Shown: positions 35,741-45,781, counted from the stretch's first letter. The stretch is 64,000 bases of DNA from Candidatus Heimdallarchaeota archaeon (GCA_030603365.1 JAUVXV010000007.1:76616-140615), one strand, 5' to 3'. Made by a program: numbers and translations. The notes: generated by a model from the sequence alone, not told the origin.

Positions 35741-37750
35741 TCAAAGATCTACTTGTTCTAAAAGGTCCTCGATTTTACTTGGAACTGTTGAGACAAACTT
35801 AGTAACAACGGGAGGTATTTCTTTGATTCTATTTGCTAATGTCATTGACCACATTCTAATGTCCGAGCTTACTTCTGATGCAATAACTGCTACTAAACCA
35901 TTTTTAATCGCTTGTAATGTTATACAGAAATCTTCGTAGTTTACATCTTTCAGTCGTCCTATCTCATCCCCTTCTAGGATACTTTCAGCGAATTGTGTAA
36001 TTGCCATCAAAAGTCCAGAGAGTAGTAGATCATTAGCTTTGAGTTTGTCTTTTAATTTGGAATAAATTGGTATTCCGCTGTCAGAGATTATTAACAATCC
36101 TAAAACCTCAACAGTTTTCTGCTTTGCCTGTGTAAGTTTAAGTGATAGAAGTGATTTAAATTGTGGTAGAATGAACTCGATAATATTCTGACTTTGAATA
36201 TCAAGTTGCCCTGTTTTGATTGCCTTGTTAATGCTTTCCTCAATAACATCAATATCATTCATTAAATCAAAAATATCAATATCTTTACTCAATTCACGAG
36301 CTTTCTCTAAATCTCTTTTTGAATCTTCATAATCCCCCGTTAATAAGCAAAGCACTGAACAAATCATTAAACTTGTAGCTAAGATTTGTTTATGATTATT
36401 TTCTACAGCTAGTTGTCTAACTGTATCTATATACGACATGGCCAGATTAAGTGATTCTTTTTTCTCAAGTAAACGATAATACCACAAATGAGCTATTGCA
36501 AGCTGTATATTGCAGAATAGAATCAATTCCATATCTTTTGTGTGTTTAGACTGTTCAAGAGATGATTCGAGATAAGCGAGAGCATTGGATAGATTATGAT
36601 TTAACATTTCGTAAAATCCTCTCAGATAATCAACACGAGCATTAATCGATGGAGTTTCTAATTCTTTGGCTAACCCTCTTAACTCCCTGAGATATTTCAT
36701 AGCAGTTTTCAGATTCTCTACTCGTAAATAATAGTGAATAAGTTCATACATGATGAAAGCTTTGTGCATCGATTTTTCTTGTTTCTGAATTTCATAGGCA
36801 TGTAAGAAAGACTCTTCAGCTCTTTGATCACCTAGAAGATAATAGATATTGCCAATTTCTGTCAAATATAGATATGGCCATTTTCCAGTTGATTCTTTAT
36901 AGAGGGCTATTGCTCTCTCCATCATTTCTTTAGCTTTTTGTATTTGACCTAAAACAAGATGAACTTCAGCTAAATTTCCTATTGCAATTGATAATCTATA
37001 ATCGTCTTTAAAATCCTCATGAAGAATTATCAATTTCTCAAAACTTTCCATTGCTTCAATATTATCTCCAATGAAGCTGTTTTTTCCTCCTTTAACATTT
37101 AAATAGCTGGTTTGTACTTTATAGAAATTGTATTTTTCTACAAAAGGTTCTATAAAATTAAACATTTCCTCAAAATTCACCTCAACTCCCGAATGAAGAT
37201 ACCACCAGAGAGAATTCATATATGCTTCTTGCAATCCAAACTGTTCGACTAAATTATCAGTTTTTTGTATTCGTTTTTTCACATACAAATGGATTTCTTT
37301 AATTTTGGCTATATCTCCTTGTTGACCATACATCCAGGAGCTTATCTCTGCTATATTCGCTTTCATTTCTTCTGAATATTCTGGGTGTTTTTCGAGCTTT
37401 TTAATGTTTGATTTCAGATTCTCGAATGATTCCTGATAATTTGTAGGGTTCTCCTCAAAATAAGTGATAAAAGCATCTATGTAAGGATGTTCTACCTTCT
37501 TTAGGAGATTTATGAAATCATCATCAGCTTTCATTTTTTGAGTAAGATAACAGCTGAAAGATGCTATTTCTAATTTATCTCCTTCGCTGTATTTATCAGG
37601 CTTCTCTAAAACTTCCTGTAATGCAATTGCTGCACCTTTTCTTATTCTTTCATTTGGATTTTTATCTTGTTGATCTTCAATCAACTCCTTTAACATCATT
37701 TGAAGTGGATAAGAGAATCTGTTAACAAAAAACTCAAGAAATTCTTGCAT
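35741..37750 (-). CDS. TPR-repeat protein with a C-terminal roadblock/longin-like module
   Basis: The central region has many TPR-like repeats (..AIALYKES.., ..ALAYLESSLEQ..). The C-terminus is VEVLGLLIISDSGIPIYSKLKDKLKANDLLLSGLLMAITQFAESIL...LVAVIASEV. Confidence 0.7.
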   Translation of the reverse strand: MQEFLEFFVNRFSYPLQMMLKELIEDQQDKNPNERIRKGAAIALQEVLEKPDKYSEGDKLEIASFSCYLTQKMKADDDFINLLKKVEHPYIDAFITYFEENPTNYQESFENLKSNIKKLEKHPEYSEEMKANIAEISSWMYGQQGDIAKIKEIHLYVKKRIQKTDNLVEQFGLQEAYMNSLWWYLHSGVEVNFEEMFNFIEPFVEKYNFYKVQTSYLNVKGGKNSFIGDNIEAMESFEKLIILHEDFKDDYRLSIAIGNLAEVHLVLGQIQKAKEMMERAIALYKESTGKWPYLYLTEIGNIYYLLGDQRAEESFLHAYEIQKQEKSMHKAFIMYELIHYYLRVENLKTAMKYLRELRGLAKELETPSINARVDYLRGFYEMLNHNLSNALAYLESSLEQSKHTKDMELILFCNIQLAIAHLWYYRLLEKKESLNLAMSYIDTVRQLAVENNHKQILATSLMICSVLCLLTGDYEDSKRDLEKARELSKDIDIFDLMNDIDVIEESINKAIKTGQLDIQSQNIIEFILPQFKSLLSLKLTQAKQKTVEVLGLLIISDSGIPIYSKLKDKLKANDLLLSGLLMAITQFAESILEGDEIGRLKDVNYEDFCITLQAIKNGLVAVIASEVSSDIRMWSMTLANRIKEIPPVVTKFVSTVPSKIEDLLEQVDL

Positions 37751-37907
37751 AGAGAGATATTTTTATTGTTTTCATATAAATCTTAAGATTCTCCAAGTAT
37801 AGAAGTCTCCTAGATTAGATTTTGTTTATTGTTGAAATTTGGTAGAAGAAAAAGGATTTAAATTAAAGCATAAAAAGCAGAATAATAAGATTAACTGAGG
37901 AATTATT

Positions 37908-38954
37908 ATGTCAGTCGAGGATCACAGAAAAATAGCTAAGGAAAAAATGAGGGGGAAATGTGGAGTCTTTTCTATGTGTGATGGTGCTCCAAACAAAATT
38001 TGTCAAGGGAACAGTTATGGAAAACCTATTGGTTTTGGAGGGGTTGGATCAGGAGCTAGTTTTGTAAATAATGTTCAAGCATTAAAGAAATTAAATCTTA
38101 AGATGCGAGAAATTGGTGAGAATTATACACCTGACACCAAATATGATTTCTTTGGACACGAATTAACTATGCCAATAATGGGGGCTTCAATAACAGGTGT
38201 TAATTCTTTTGGTGGAGATAATGCTATAACTGAACCTGATTTTTGCAAAGCAACTGTTCTTGGAGCTAAAGAGGCTGGTACTATTGGTTGGAGAGGAGAT
38301 ACATACACTTATACTTTTGACTTCATGCCTTGCTATGATGCTATTTGTAATCACGCTGATGGGTGGGGAGTAAAGATTTCCAAACCAAGAGATCAAGAAG
38401 TTCTGAAGAAGGTTTTCAAGATGTATGAAGAGGGAAATGCTATCGCTGTAGGAACCGATGTTGATGGCTGTGGAAGTACAATTATGGCAGCTAACAATAA
38501 ACCAGTTTTTCGCAAATCTCCTGAAGATATTAAAGAATTGGTAAATTACACCAAATTACCTGTAATAATAAAAGGAATTATGTCAGTTGAGGATGCAGTT
38601 GCTGCAACAGAAGCTGGTGCTAAAGCAATAGTGATTTCAAATCATGGTGGAAGAGTTTTAGATCATACACCAGGAACAGCTGATGTTCTTTTCCCAATAG
38701 TAGACGAATTAAAAGGTAAGGTTCGAATAATAATTGATGGTGGAATTAGGACTGGGTATGATGTTCTCAAAATGCTGGCAATTGGAGCTGAATCTGTTCT
38801 TATTGGTAGGGACATTGTGAGAGCAGCTGTTGGTGGCGGAACAGAAGGTGTAAATGTCTACTTTGAGTTCTTACAAAAAACACTTGTTAAAGCTATGTGG
38901 ATGACAGGAGTAGCTACATTGGAAGACATTACACGTGATGTTATTTATAAGTAA
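37908..38954 (+). CDS. FMN-dependent alpha-hydroxy-acid dehydrogenase/oxidase family protein
   Basis: The blocks VISNHGGRVLD and IIDGGIRTGYDVLKMLAIGAESVLIGR are typical of the glycolate/lactate oxidase TIM-barrel family. Confidence 0.8.
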   Translation: MSVEDHRKIAKEKMRGKCGVFSMCDGAPNKICQGNSYGKPIGFGGVGSGASFVNNVQALKKLNLKMREIGENYTPDTKYDFFGHELTMPIMGASITGVNSFGGDNAITEPDFCKATVLGAKEAGTIGWRGDTYTYTFDFMPCYDAICNHADGWGVKISKPRDQEVLKKVFKMYEEGNAIAVGTDVDGCGSTIMAANNKPVFRKSPEDIKELVNYTKLPVIIKGIMSVEDAVAATEAGAKAIVISNHGGRVLDHTPGTADVLFPIVDELKGKVRIIIDGGIRTGYDVLKMLAIGAESVLIGRDIVRAAVGGGTEGVNVYFEFLQKTLVKAMWMTGVATLEDITRDVIYK

Positions 38955-38961
38955 ATACTAT

Positions 38962-40053
38962 CTATTTAGATAGTAATTTTTTCACTTTTTGAATTGATAT
39001 TGCTTCTGATTTATTTTCATCTCGTCCTATAACAGTTTCAGCCGTTAATAAAGAGTTTAAAATTGATTCTTCAGTGGTTTCAACAACAGCTCTTAGAAGA
39101 TTTTTGAATAGTTTGGTTCTTTCATTAACAATTTTCAACTCAATTAATTCTTGCTTATTGTCATGATCAATAGTATTACTTGTTGAAAAAGCTATAACCA
39201 CATCTCCTGAACCATGAGATCCAAAACTTCCAGTTCTAGAAATACCAAGAGGGGCTCGTTTAGCTAATCTGAGAAGTTGTCTTGAATTTAGAGGTGCATC
39301 AGTAGCAATTATAATCATTATTGAACCTTTTACTCTCTCTTCTTCAATGTCATCTATTTCATCGAATTTATGACCCAAAATGCTTAGGTCATTCTTTCCC
39401 CCGAAGTTAGACAACACTAATGTACCTAAATGATAAGAAAGATTTCCTTCTTCAATCATTCTAGAAGAACTCCCAATTCCAGCTTTAAAGCCAAGAGCCG
39501 ACATTCCTGTTCCAGCTCCTACTGATCCTTCTTCAAAAATCTCATTAGCATTTTCTATTGCTTCAAACACATGTTGTTGCTTGACATGCCTACCTTGAAT
39601 ATCGTTTAATTTTCCATCATGACATTCTCCCACAACAGTATTGATTGTAGTTGTTGATATACCAATATCCGGATTTTCTTTGAGGTGAAAATCAATTAGG
39701 GCATCAGCAACTTTCGGAACATTGAGAGTATTTGTTAAGGCAATGAAGGATTCTATACTTCCAAGCTCCTGAACTTGAACAAGACCTATAGTTTTTCCGT
39801 ATCCGTTGAAAACATATGAGCTCGCCCTTACTTTTTCTCTGTAAACATTTCCTGAATGTGGTTTGATGATAGTTACACCAGTTCGGATGGGTCCTTGTCC
39901 AGGAATGAGTTTACCTTCTCCCTCCGTAATAGTACAATGGCCCACCTTCAATCCAGGAACATCTGTAATAAGATTAAGTTTCCCAGTAGGTAAAATTCCT
40001 ACTTGTAACCCTAAATCTCTCAATCTGCACCTTTTATCGCTCATGATAAACAA
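38962..40053 (-). CDS. DmpA/BapA-type aminopeptidase (peptidase family S58/P1)
   Basis: The blocks NLITDVPGLKVGHCTI and GSGDVVIAFSTS are present, with family-typical length. Confidence 0.8.
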   Translation of the reverse strand: MFIMSDKRCRLRDLGLQVGILPTGKLNLITDVPGLKVGHCTITEGEGKLIPGQGPIRTGVTIIKPHSGNVYREKVRASSYVFNGYGKTIGLVQVQELGSIESFIALTNTLNVPKVADALIDFHLKENPDIGISTTTINTVVGECHDGKLNDIQGRHVKQQHVFEAIENANEIFEEGSVGAGTGMSALGFKAGIGSSSRMIEEGNLSYHLGTLVLSNFGGKNDLSILGHKFDEIDDIEEERVKGSIMIIIATDAPLNSRQLLRLAKRAPLGISRTGSFGSHGSGDVVIAFSTSNTIDHDNKQELIELKIVNERTKLFKNLLRAVVETTEESILNSLLTAETVIGRDENKSEAISIQKVKKLLSK

Positions 40054-40090
40054 GAAGAAAGGATCAAACAGTATTATATTTTTTTGGTTA

Positions 40091-41809
40091 TCAAGTATAA
40101 TGAAATGTTTCTAAAACCAATCTTTCGTAAATTTCATCATACATAGCTACTATGGTCTCTTTAGCTATATCCTTTGAGAATTTTCGTGACACTCTATCTT
40201 CAGGCTTTCTTTTCTTCCAGATGTTAGAAATGAGTAAGTAGAAAAGTTTTGAAAAATAGTACAAACTTAAAGGAAGAGCTAGTATAACTTTGAACAGAAA
40301 AAGAAAAATCTTCAAGATCATATTGAGTGATTCTTTAGCCTCGGCTTTTGCAGTTTCATCTAATTCTTCATGAGGTTCGTCGGCTAATAATAGTGAATTC
40401 AACCCTTTCTGAATCTCTATAAATTTTGAGCCGAGATAATTTCCTGATCTTTTGGTCCAGTTTCGTGAAAACATTAACTTGAATCTATTTACAATATGTT
40501 TACCATATGAGTAAAAAATCAGCGCAAACTCAACAAAGGGGACGATGAAACCATAAGAAACATTTCTAAGTTTAATTGCCATTCTCTTGAAAAACTTGTC
40601 CTTACCAAAATGATCTAGAATAAATCGATTGCCTCCTAAGGCTATTGAAAATGCTAACTGATTATATTCTAAATCGCTTATAGGCATATCATATCTTTCT
40701 TCTACTTTGATAATACCCTTTAAGGCTCCATTAAGTAAGATAGAATTGAAAAACGGTTTGGATACAAACTCATCCTTTAGCTTGTCTGTAACAAAAACTA
40801 AGGTATCTTTTGCTTCCTTATAACTCATAGAATTTTCTTGTGCAAAAGCAGCTAATCCAGGTTCTTTTCTCCAAGGAAGAAGATGAGTTTCTTTTTGCCA
40901 TAATAAGAGTGAAAAAACTCTAGAAAGAGAATCTTCAACTTTGTCCATATCGAGTCTGTCTTCGGTATCTGAAGATAGAAATTCCTCAAAAAGCTTCTTG
41001 GATTTTTCAGGTAGTGAAAAAGTTGAAACACTAAGGATATTTGTAAAACGTTTCTGAAGATTTTTTAGATCTCCAACTAAATCTACTTTGAACTCCTCAA
41101 AAGTGGATGCATCCACAGGTGGTGCCTCAAAAAAGGAGAAACTTGCTTTTGAAGCTAAATAGGGTAGTGAAAAAAGATTTTCAATTCTTTGATAGAATGA
41201 CCCCCAACTATATGCTCCAAGTCTGATCATCCTTAAACTCGCATGATGGAATATAGAATAGATAGGACCAAAAATGGTTGCTACAAAGGATAACATACCC
41301 ATTACAGTAGAGCAAACAACCCCAATAGCTGTTATTACCAACCAATGATACTGCTCAGGTACATCTGCTAAATAGGTTGTTTCTATATATTCTAGCAAAA
41401 CTTCAAAACTAGCAGTTTGGCTCTGAATAAGAAGAATAGATGCACCAATAATAACAAATATTATCAGAAGATGATCATATGTTTCTCCGACTCCACGTTG
41501 GATGGGATAAGCTTTGTTGATTCTATCTTCTTTCATAACGATTTCTTCAATTTCTTCCTCAATCTTCACCATTTCTATTTTCTCATGACTAGAAAAAAGA
41601 TTAGATGCATAAAGAAGATAACGTCGCCAAAGATTTAGGATGGGAACTAGTTCTCTCAAACCTCTAGGTATAATTAATTCATAAATGAAAAAGAGAAATT
41701 TAGCAAATATGACCACAAAATAGAGCAAAACTCCAGATATCCATAGAAAAGGAGTTAATACAGTAGTGAGAATCTTGCTGAAACTTTTTTTCATTTGTAC
41801 AAGTATCAA
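40091..41809 (-). CDS. Large polytopic membrane protein, uncharacterised family (paralogue A)
   Basis: 572 aa. It shares blocks with 56340..58367 and 58421..60172: IPRGLRELVPILNLWRRY, AYPIQRGVGE, FGPIYSIFHHAS, FSLPYLASKASFSFFEAPPV, LLLWQKETHLLPW and IVAMYDEIYERL. Confidence 0.7.
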   Translation of the reverse strand: MILVQMKKSFSKILTTVLTPFLWISGVLLYFVVIFAKFLFFIYELIIPRGLRELVPILNLWRRYLLYASNLFSSHEKIEMVKIEEEIEEIVMKEDRINKAYPIQRGVGETYDHLLIIFVIIGASILLIQSQTASFEVLLEYIETTYLADVPEQYHWLVITAIGVVCSTVMGMLSFVATIFGPIYSIFHHASLRMIRLGAYSWGSFYQRIENLFSLPYLASKASFSFFEAPPVDASTFEEFKVDLVGDLKNLQKRFTNILSVSTFSLPEKSKKLFEEFLSSDTEDRLDMDKVEDSLSRVFSLLLWQKETHLLPWRKEPGLAAFAQENSMSYKEAKDTLVFVTDKLKDEFVSKPFFNSILLNGALKGIIKVEERYDMPISDLEYNQLAFSIALGGNRFILDHFGKDKFFKRMAIKLRNVSYGFIVPFVEFALIFYSYGKHIVNRFKLMFSRNWTKRSGNYLGSKFIEIQKGLNSLLLADEPHEELDETAKAEAKESLNMILKIFLFLFKVILALPLSLYYFSKLFYLLISNIWKKRKPEDRVSRKFSKDIAKETIVAMYDEIYERLVLETFHYT

Positions 41810-41866
41810 TAATACTCATTGTGTTTTTAATTTTGTGATACTCTGAATGAAAAGGAAAAAGAGAAT

Positions 41867-42874
41867 TTAGTATTTAATTCTCGGATCGATAAACACATAC
41901 GTGATATCCGTAAGTAACCGCGCTACAAGGAAGAGGAATGGAAATATCGTATTCGTTGCCATCATCATAGGGTAGTCACGAAATAGTGCTCCTTCAAGGA
42001 AATAAGTTCCTAATCCTGGCCATCCAAAAACACTTTCAATCATTACTGAACCTGCTAGTAATCCTGGTAATGAATTTCCTACTATGGTTACTATTGGTAA
42101 TAATCCATTTCTGAATGCATGTTTGTAAATTACTCCTCTATTTGTAACTCCTTTCGCTTTCGCTGTCGTAATATAATCTTGTCTCAAAATCTCCAGTAGT
42201 TGTGATCTAATCAATCTAGCCATGAACACAAGATGACCTAAAGTTAGCGCTAGAGTTGGTAGTATTAGATATTTGTAGAAAGCCGGATTCAATAGAAGAG
42301 GTGTTATAAATGCGTCTTTATTTGTTACTCCTGTAAAATTAAATAATTGAAATGATACATACATTAGCAATTTTGCTATCCAGAATAAAGGCATAGAATA
42401 TCCCAGAAGCATTGCTACTGTTAAAGATCTATCCCAGAACGAATTTCTTCTTGTTGCTGATACTACACCTATAGCAGTTGACAGAACTAGTGATAGCACA
42501 AATGAGATTATGTTTAGTATTAGCGTGTACGGCGCATGATCCGCTATTATTTTCGCGATAGGTATCCCTTGTCCCGCTTGCGTATTATACCAGCTGTTTC
42601 CGAAATCGAAATGCAGTAAATCATTTACATAATCTAGATATCTTGTGAACCATGGTACTGTATAAAGATCAGCATTTAGCAGTCCCATTTCTATTGCTTC
42701 TCTGTTATATGCCGTGTTATAACACGTTGTGGATTCACAATGTATCAATCCAATTCTTACTACAACTGGATCTCCTGGACTTGCATTGATTAAAGTAAAG
42801 TTCATCAAAGTTATTCCCAACATAACTGGAACAATATACAATACTCTTCTAACTATAAAACCTCTTAATGACAA
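41867..42874 (-). CDS. ABC transporter permease, OppB/DppB type
   Basis: The N-terminus is FIVRRVLYIVPVMLGITLMNFTLINASPGDPV. An EAA-loop region is present. No OppA, OppC, OppD or OppF partner lies nearby. Confidence 0.85.
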   Translation of the reverse strand: MSLRGFIVRRVLYIVPVMLGITLMNFTLINASPGDPVVVRIGLIHCESTTCYNTAYNREAIEMGLLNADLYTVPWFTRYLDYVNDLLHFDFGNSWYNTQAGQGIPIAKIIADHAPYTLILNIISFVLSLVLSTAIGVVSATRRNSFWDRSLTVAMLLGYSMPLFWIAKLLMYVSFQLFNFTGVTNKDAFITPLLLNPAFYKYLILPTLALTLGHLVFMARLIRSQLLEILRQDYITTAKAKGVTNRGVIYKHAFRNGLLPIVTIVGNSLPGLLAGSVMIESVFGWPGLGTYFLEGALFRDYPMMMATNTIFPFLFLVARLLTDITYVFIDPRIKY

Positions 42875-43017
42875 ACCATCACTCTTACCTTTCTATGCTA
42901 CAGAATTTCTGTACCTTTATGTTTCTTTCTATGCGTAGAAACCACTTTTTAAAAAGTAACTTCAATGAATAATTATTCATACCTAAAGACTTATTAAATC
43001 AATTAGATAATCATATT

Positions 43018-43317
43018 TTGATGGTTCAACAAAGGAAAGTCCCACGAAATTGTATTAATTATGAAGGCCATATTTTCAAACCAGTATCTATTCCCTTGAA
43101 AGATTTGGAACAGATTAAACTCACTAAGGAAGAGATTACAGCACTTCATTATGCTGATTTCAGTGGTTTTAAACAGCAGGAAGCAGCTCAAAAGATGGGT
43201 ATTTCTCAAGCATCATTCAGTAGAGATCTTGCTTCTGCTCATCAAAAAGTTGCTAGTGCTTTTTTTGAGATTAAAGCGATACTGTTTGAAGAACCATCTG
43301 ATAAAGAAGGTGTATAA
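43018..43317 (+). CDS. DUF134/UPF0251-family predicted DNA-binding protein
   Basis: The sequence is FKPVSIPLKDLEQIKLTKEEITALHYADFSGFKQQEAAQKMGISQASFSRDLASAHQKVASA, which includes a sigma-70 region-4-like HTH. Confidence 0.85.
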   Translation: MMVQQRKVPRNCINYEGHIFKPVSIPLKDLEQIKLTKEEITALHYADFSGFKQQEAAQKMGISQASFSRDLASAHQKVASAFFEIKAILFEEPSDKEGV

Positions 43318-43318
43318 A

Positions 43319-43648
43319 ATGAAAATAGCAATTCCAAGTTCTTCTCAAGAAGAAGACGCTAAGATGTATGAACGATTCGGTAGATGTAATTTTTTCTGTA
43401 TTTTTAATTCAGAAAATGATACTTTTGATTTTGTGAGTAATCCAGCAATAAATGCACGTGGAGGTGCAGGATTTCAAGCAGTTGAATTTCTCATTAATAA
43501 TGAAGTTAACACTGTTATTGTACCTCGACTAGGACCAAACGCAGAAGGTGTTTTAAGACGAGCCAACATAGAAATTTTTCAAGGTGAGAATATTACTATA
43601 AAAGAGCTTGTTGAAAAGTGGAAGAACAATGCACTTTCGAAAATTTAG
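43319..43648 (+). CDS. NifX/NifB-C-terminal-like (dinitrogenase FeMo-cofactor-binding family) protein
   Basis: The start is the ATG at 43319 (MKIAIPSS...), 1 nt after the DUF134 stop codon (43315..43317). The blocks are ERFGRCNFFCIF and GGAGFQAVEFLINNEVNTVIV. The track's longer ORF (43151) overlaps the DUF134 gene. Confidence 0.8.
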   Translation: MKIAIPSSSQEEDAKMYERFGRCNFFCIFNSENDTFDFVSNPAINARGGAGFQAVEFLINNEVNTVIVPRLGPNAEGVLRRANIEIFQGENITIKELVEKWKNNALSKI

Positions 43649-43656
43649 GTGATTAA

Positions 43657-44004
43657 ATGAAATATGCAATACCATTAGATACAAAACAAGATATGGATTC
43701 AGTAGTTGGACAACATTTTGGACATGTTCCATACTTTGGAATATGGGATGATGAAACAGAGAATCTTGAGATCATTGAAAACAGAAGTGATCACAAAGGC
43801 GGAAGAGGTTTGCCTATGGAATTTCTTGCTGACAAATGCGATGGAGTTCTCCTTAAAGGAGCTGGAGCTAGAGCAGTAATGCTGGGTAATCAGCTAGGTT
43901 TAAGAATATTCATGGGAGCAAATGGAACTTTGAAAGAAACAATATCTCGTTTCAAAGCAGGAAGTTTGCATGAAGCTACTAAGGATGATGGATGTCAACA
44001 CTGA
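43657..44004 (+). CDS. NifX/NifB-C-terminal-like (dinitrogenase FeMo-cofactor-binding family) protein
   Basis: The blocks are MKYAIPLD...QHFGHVPYFGIWD and CDGVLLKGAGARAV. Confidence 0.8.
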   Translation: MKYAIPLDTKQDMDSVVGQHFGHVPYFGIWDDETENLEIIENRSDHKGGRGLPMEFLADKCDGVLLKGAGARAVMLGNQLGLRIFMGANGTLKETISRFKAGSLHEATKDDGCQH

Positions 44005-44019
44005 TATGAAGGCTGAAAA

Positions 44020-44856
44020 ATGAAGGTCGCCATAGTATCAGGTAAAGGTGGAACTGGAAAAACTACAGTTGCTGTAAGTATAGCTCTAAGCCATAAAAAG
44101 GTACATCTTCTCGATGCCGATGTAGATGAACCTAATTGTTCTCTTTTCTTAAACATGAGTACTGAAGTGGTTGGAGTAGCAAAAATTCCTATTCCTGTAA
44201 TAGATAAAAACAAATGTACATTATGTGGTATTTGTAGCTCCAATTGTGAGTATAACGCACTAATGAAACTACCTGGAGAAATATTAGTACATGACAAAAT
44301 GTGCCATGGATGTGGTTTATGTACCTATATTTGTCCTGAAGAAGCAATAACTGAATTACCAAGAGAGATTGGCAAAATCTATGAAGCTTCTAATGATAAT
44401 CTACTTTTTCACTTTGGTGAAATAATTGTTGGAGAAGAGCTCTCTACTCCCGTAATAGGTAATTTGATGAAATATATATCACCATCCAAGAGTCTGGTTA
44501 TAGTAGATTCTCCTCCAGGATCAGCATGTCCAATGGTAGAAGTAGTCATAGATTCAGATTTTGTTATTGTGGTAAGTGAACCAACTCCTTTTGGTTTGTC
44601 TGACATGAAAATTGTAATAGACACATTAAGAGTACTTGATAAGAAATTTGGAGTTGTAATTAACAAAGATGGTGTTGGAGATGATGAGTTAGAAAGATTC
44701 TGCGAATCAGAACAAATACCTATACTCATGAAAATACCTTTCGATTTAAAAATTGCAAGAAACTACTCAAAGGGTATTCCTCTAGTTCAAGCTTTTCCCG
44801 AATATACTCAGTCTTTCCAAAATATGATAGGAAAAATCAAGGAGATAGTACAATGA
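44020..44856 (+). CDS. MinD/ParA-superfamily P-loop ATPase with an inserted 2x[4Fe-4S] ferredoxin domain
   Basis: The deviant Walker A is SGKGGTGKTT. The ferredoxin motifs are CTLCGICSSNCEYN and CHGCGLCTYICPEEAI. Confidence 0.88.
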   Translation: MKVAIVSGKGGTGKTTVAVSIALSHKKVHLLDADVDEPNCSLFLNMSTEVVGVAKIPIPVIDKNKCTLCGICSSNCEYNALMKLPGEILVHDKMCHGCGLCTYICPEEAITELPREIGKIYEASNDNLLFHFGEIIVGEELSTPVIGNLMKYISPSKSLVIVDSPPGSACPMVEVVIDSDFVIVVSEPTPFGLSDMKIVIDTLRVLDKKFGVVINKDGVGDDELERFCESEQIPILMKIPFDLKIARNYSKGIPLVQAFPEYTQSFQNMIGKIKEIVQ

Positions 44857-45752
44857 AAGCTGATGATGTAAAACAAGTAACCGTTATATCTGGTAAAGGA
44901 GGAACAGGTAAGAGTTCAATTATCGCATCTCTAGCCAGACTGCTCCAAGACAGTATTATTCTAGCAGATGCTGATGTAGATGCAGCTGATCTTTATCTGA
45001 TTTTTCCACCAAAAAAAACAGAATCCTTTGATTATTTTGGACTAAAAACTGCAGAAACTGATAAGGAGATATGTATAGATTGTGGAAAATGCAGGGACAG
45101 TTGCAGATTTGATGCTATTAATGAAGATTTTACAATAAATCCAATCAAATGTGAGGGTTGTTCATTCTGTTATCATGTATGTCCTGTTTCTGCGATAACA
45201 ATGAAAGACACTTTATCTGGTCAGTATTTCATTTCTAGAACAAGAATTGGAGATATGGTTCATGCAAGGCTAAATCCTGGAGAAGAAAGTTCAGGATTAC
45301 TGGTTGCTGAAGTTCGTAAGACAGCTAAGAGGGTAGCTGCAGAACAGGAAAGGAAACTGGTTCTCATAGATGGTTCGCCAGGAATAGGTTGTCCTGTAAT
45401 TAGCTCTCTAATTGGCACAGACTTTGCTCTTGTAATAGCAGAACCTACAGTTTCTGGACATCATGATCTGGACAGAATCTTGCAGTTGTTAAATGAGTTT
45501 AAAATACCTGGTTTCATTATAATTAACAGAAGCAATATCAATGATGATATTTCAAAGAAAATTGAGGAAGAATTTCAATCAACCTTCCCAGTAATAGGAA
45601 AAATCCCATATAATCCAATATTCGTTAAAGCTATGTTAGAGAAGAAATCAGTGGTAGAAATGGATTCTGATAATGAAGATGTTCTTGCAATTCAAAATAC
45701 ATTAGAAAAATTTAGTAATCTAATTTTAGAAAAACTAAAAATTAGCAAGTAA
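44853..45752 (+). CDS. MinD/ParA-superfamily P-loop ATPase with an inserted ferredoxin domain (second copy)
   Basis: The Walker A is SGKGGTGKSS. The ferredoxin motifs are CIDCGKCRDSCRFD and CEGCSFCYHVCPVSAI. It has a 4-nt overlap with the upstream gene. Confidence 0.88.
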   Translation: MKADDVKQVTVISGKGGTGKSSIIASLARLLQDSIILADADVDAADLYLIFPPKKTESFDYFGLKTAETDKEICIDCGKCRDSCRFDAINEDFTINPIKCEGCSFCYHVCPVSAITMKDTLSGQYFISRTRIGDMVHARLNPGEESSGLLVAEVRKTAKRVAAEQERKLVLIDGSPGIGCPVISSLIGTDFALVIAEPTVSGHHDLDRILQLLNEFKIPGFIIINRSNINDDISKKIEEEFQSTFPVIGKIPYNPIFVKAMLEKKSVVEMDSDNEDVLAIQNTLEKFSNLILEKLKISK

Positions 45753-45781
45753 ACTTATAGATTACTACATTATTTTTCTTT

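Noticed and set aside
43151-43318. Long version (165 aa) of the first NifX-like ORF
   Set aside because: The extension overlaps the DUF134 gene in another frame. The ATG at 43319 follows the DUF134 stop codon by 1 nt and matches the family N-terminus (MKIAIPSS).
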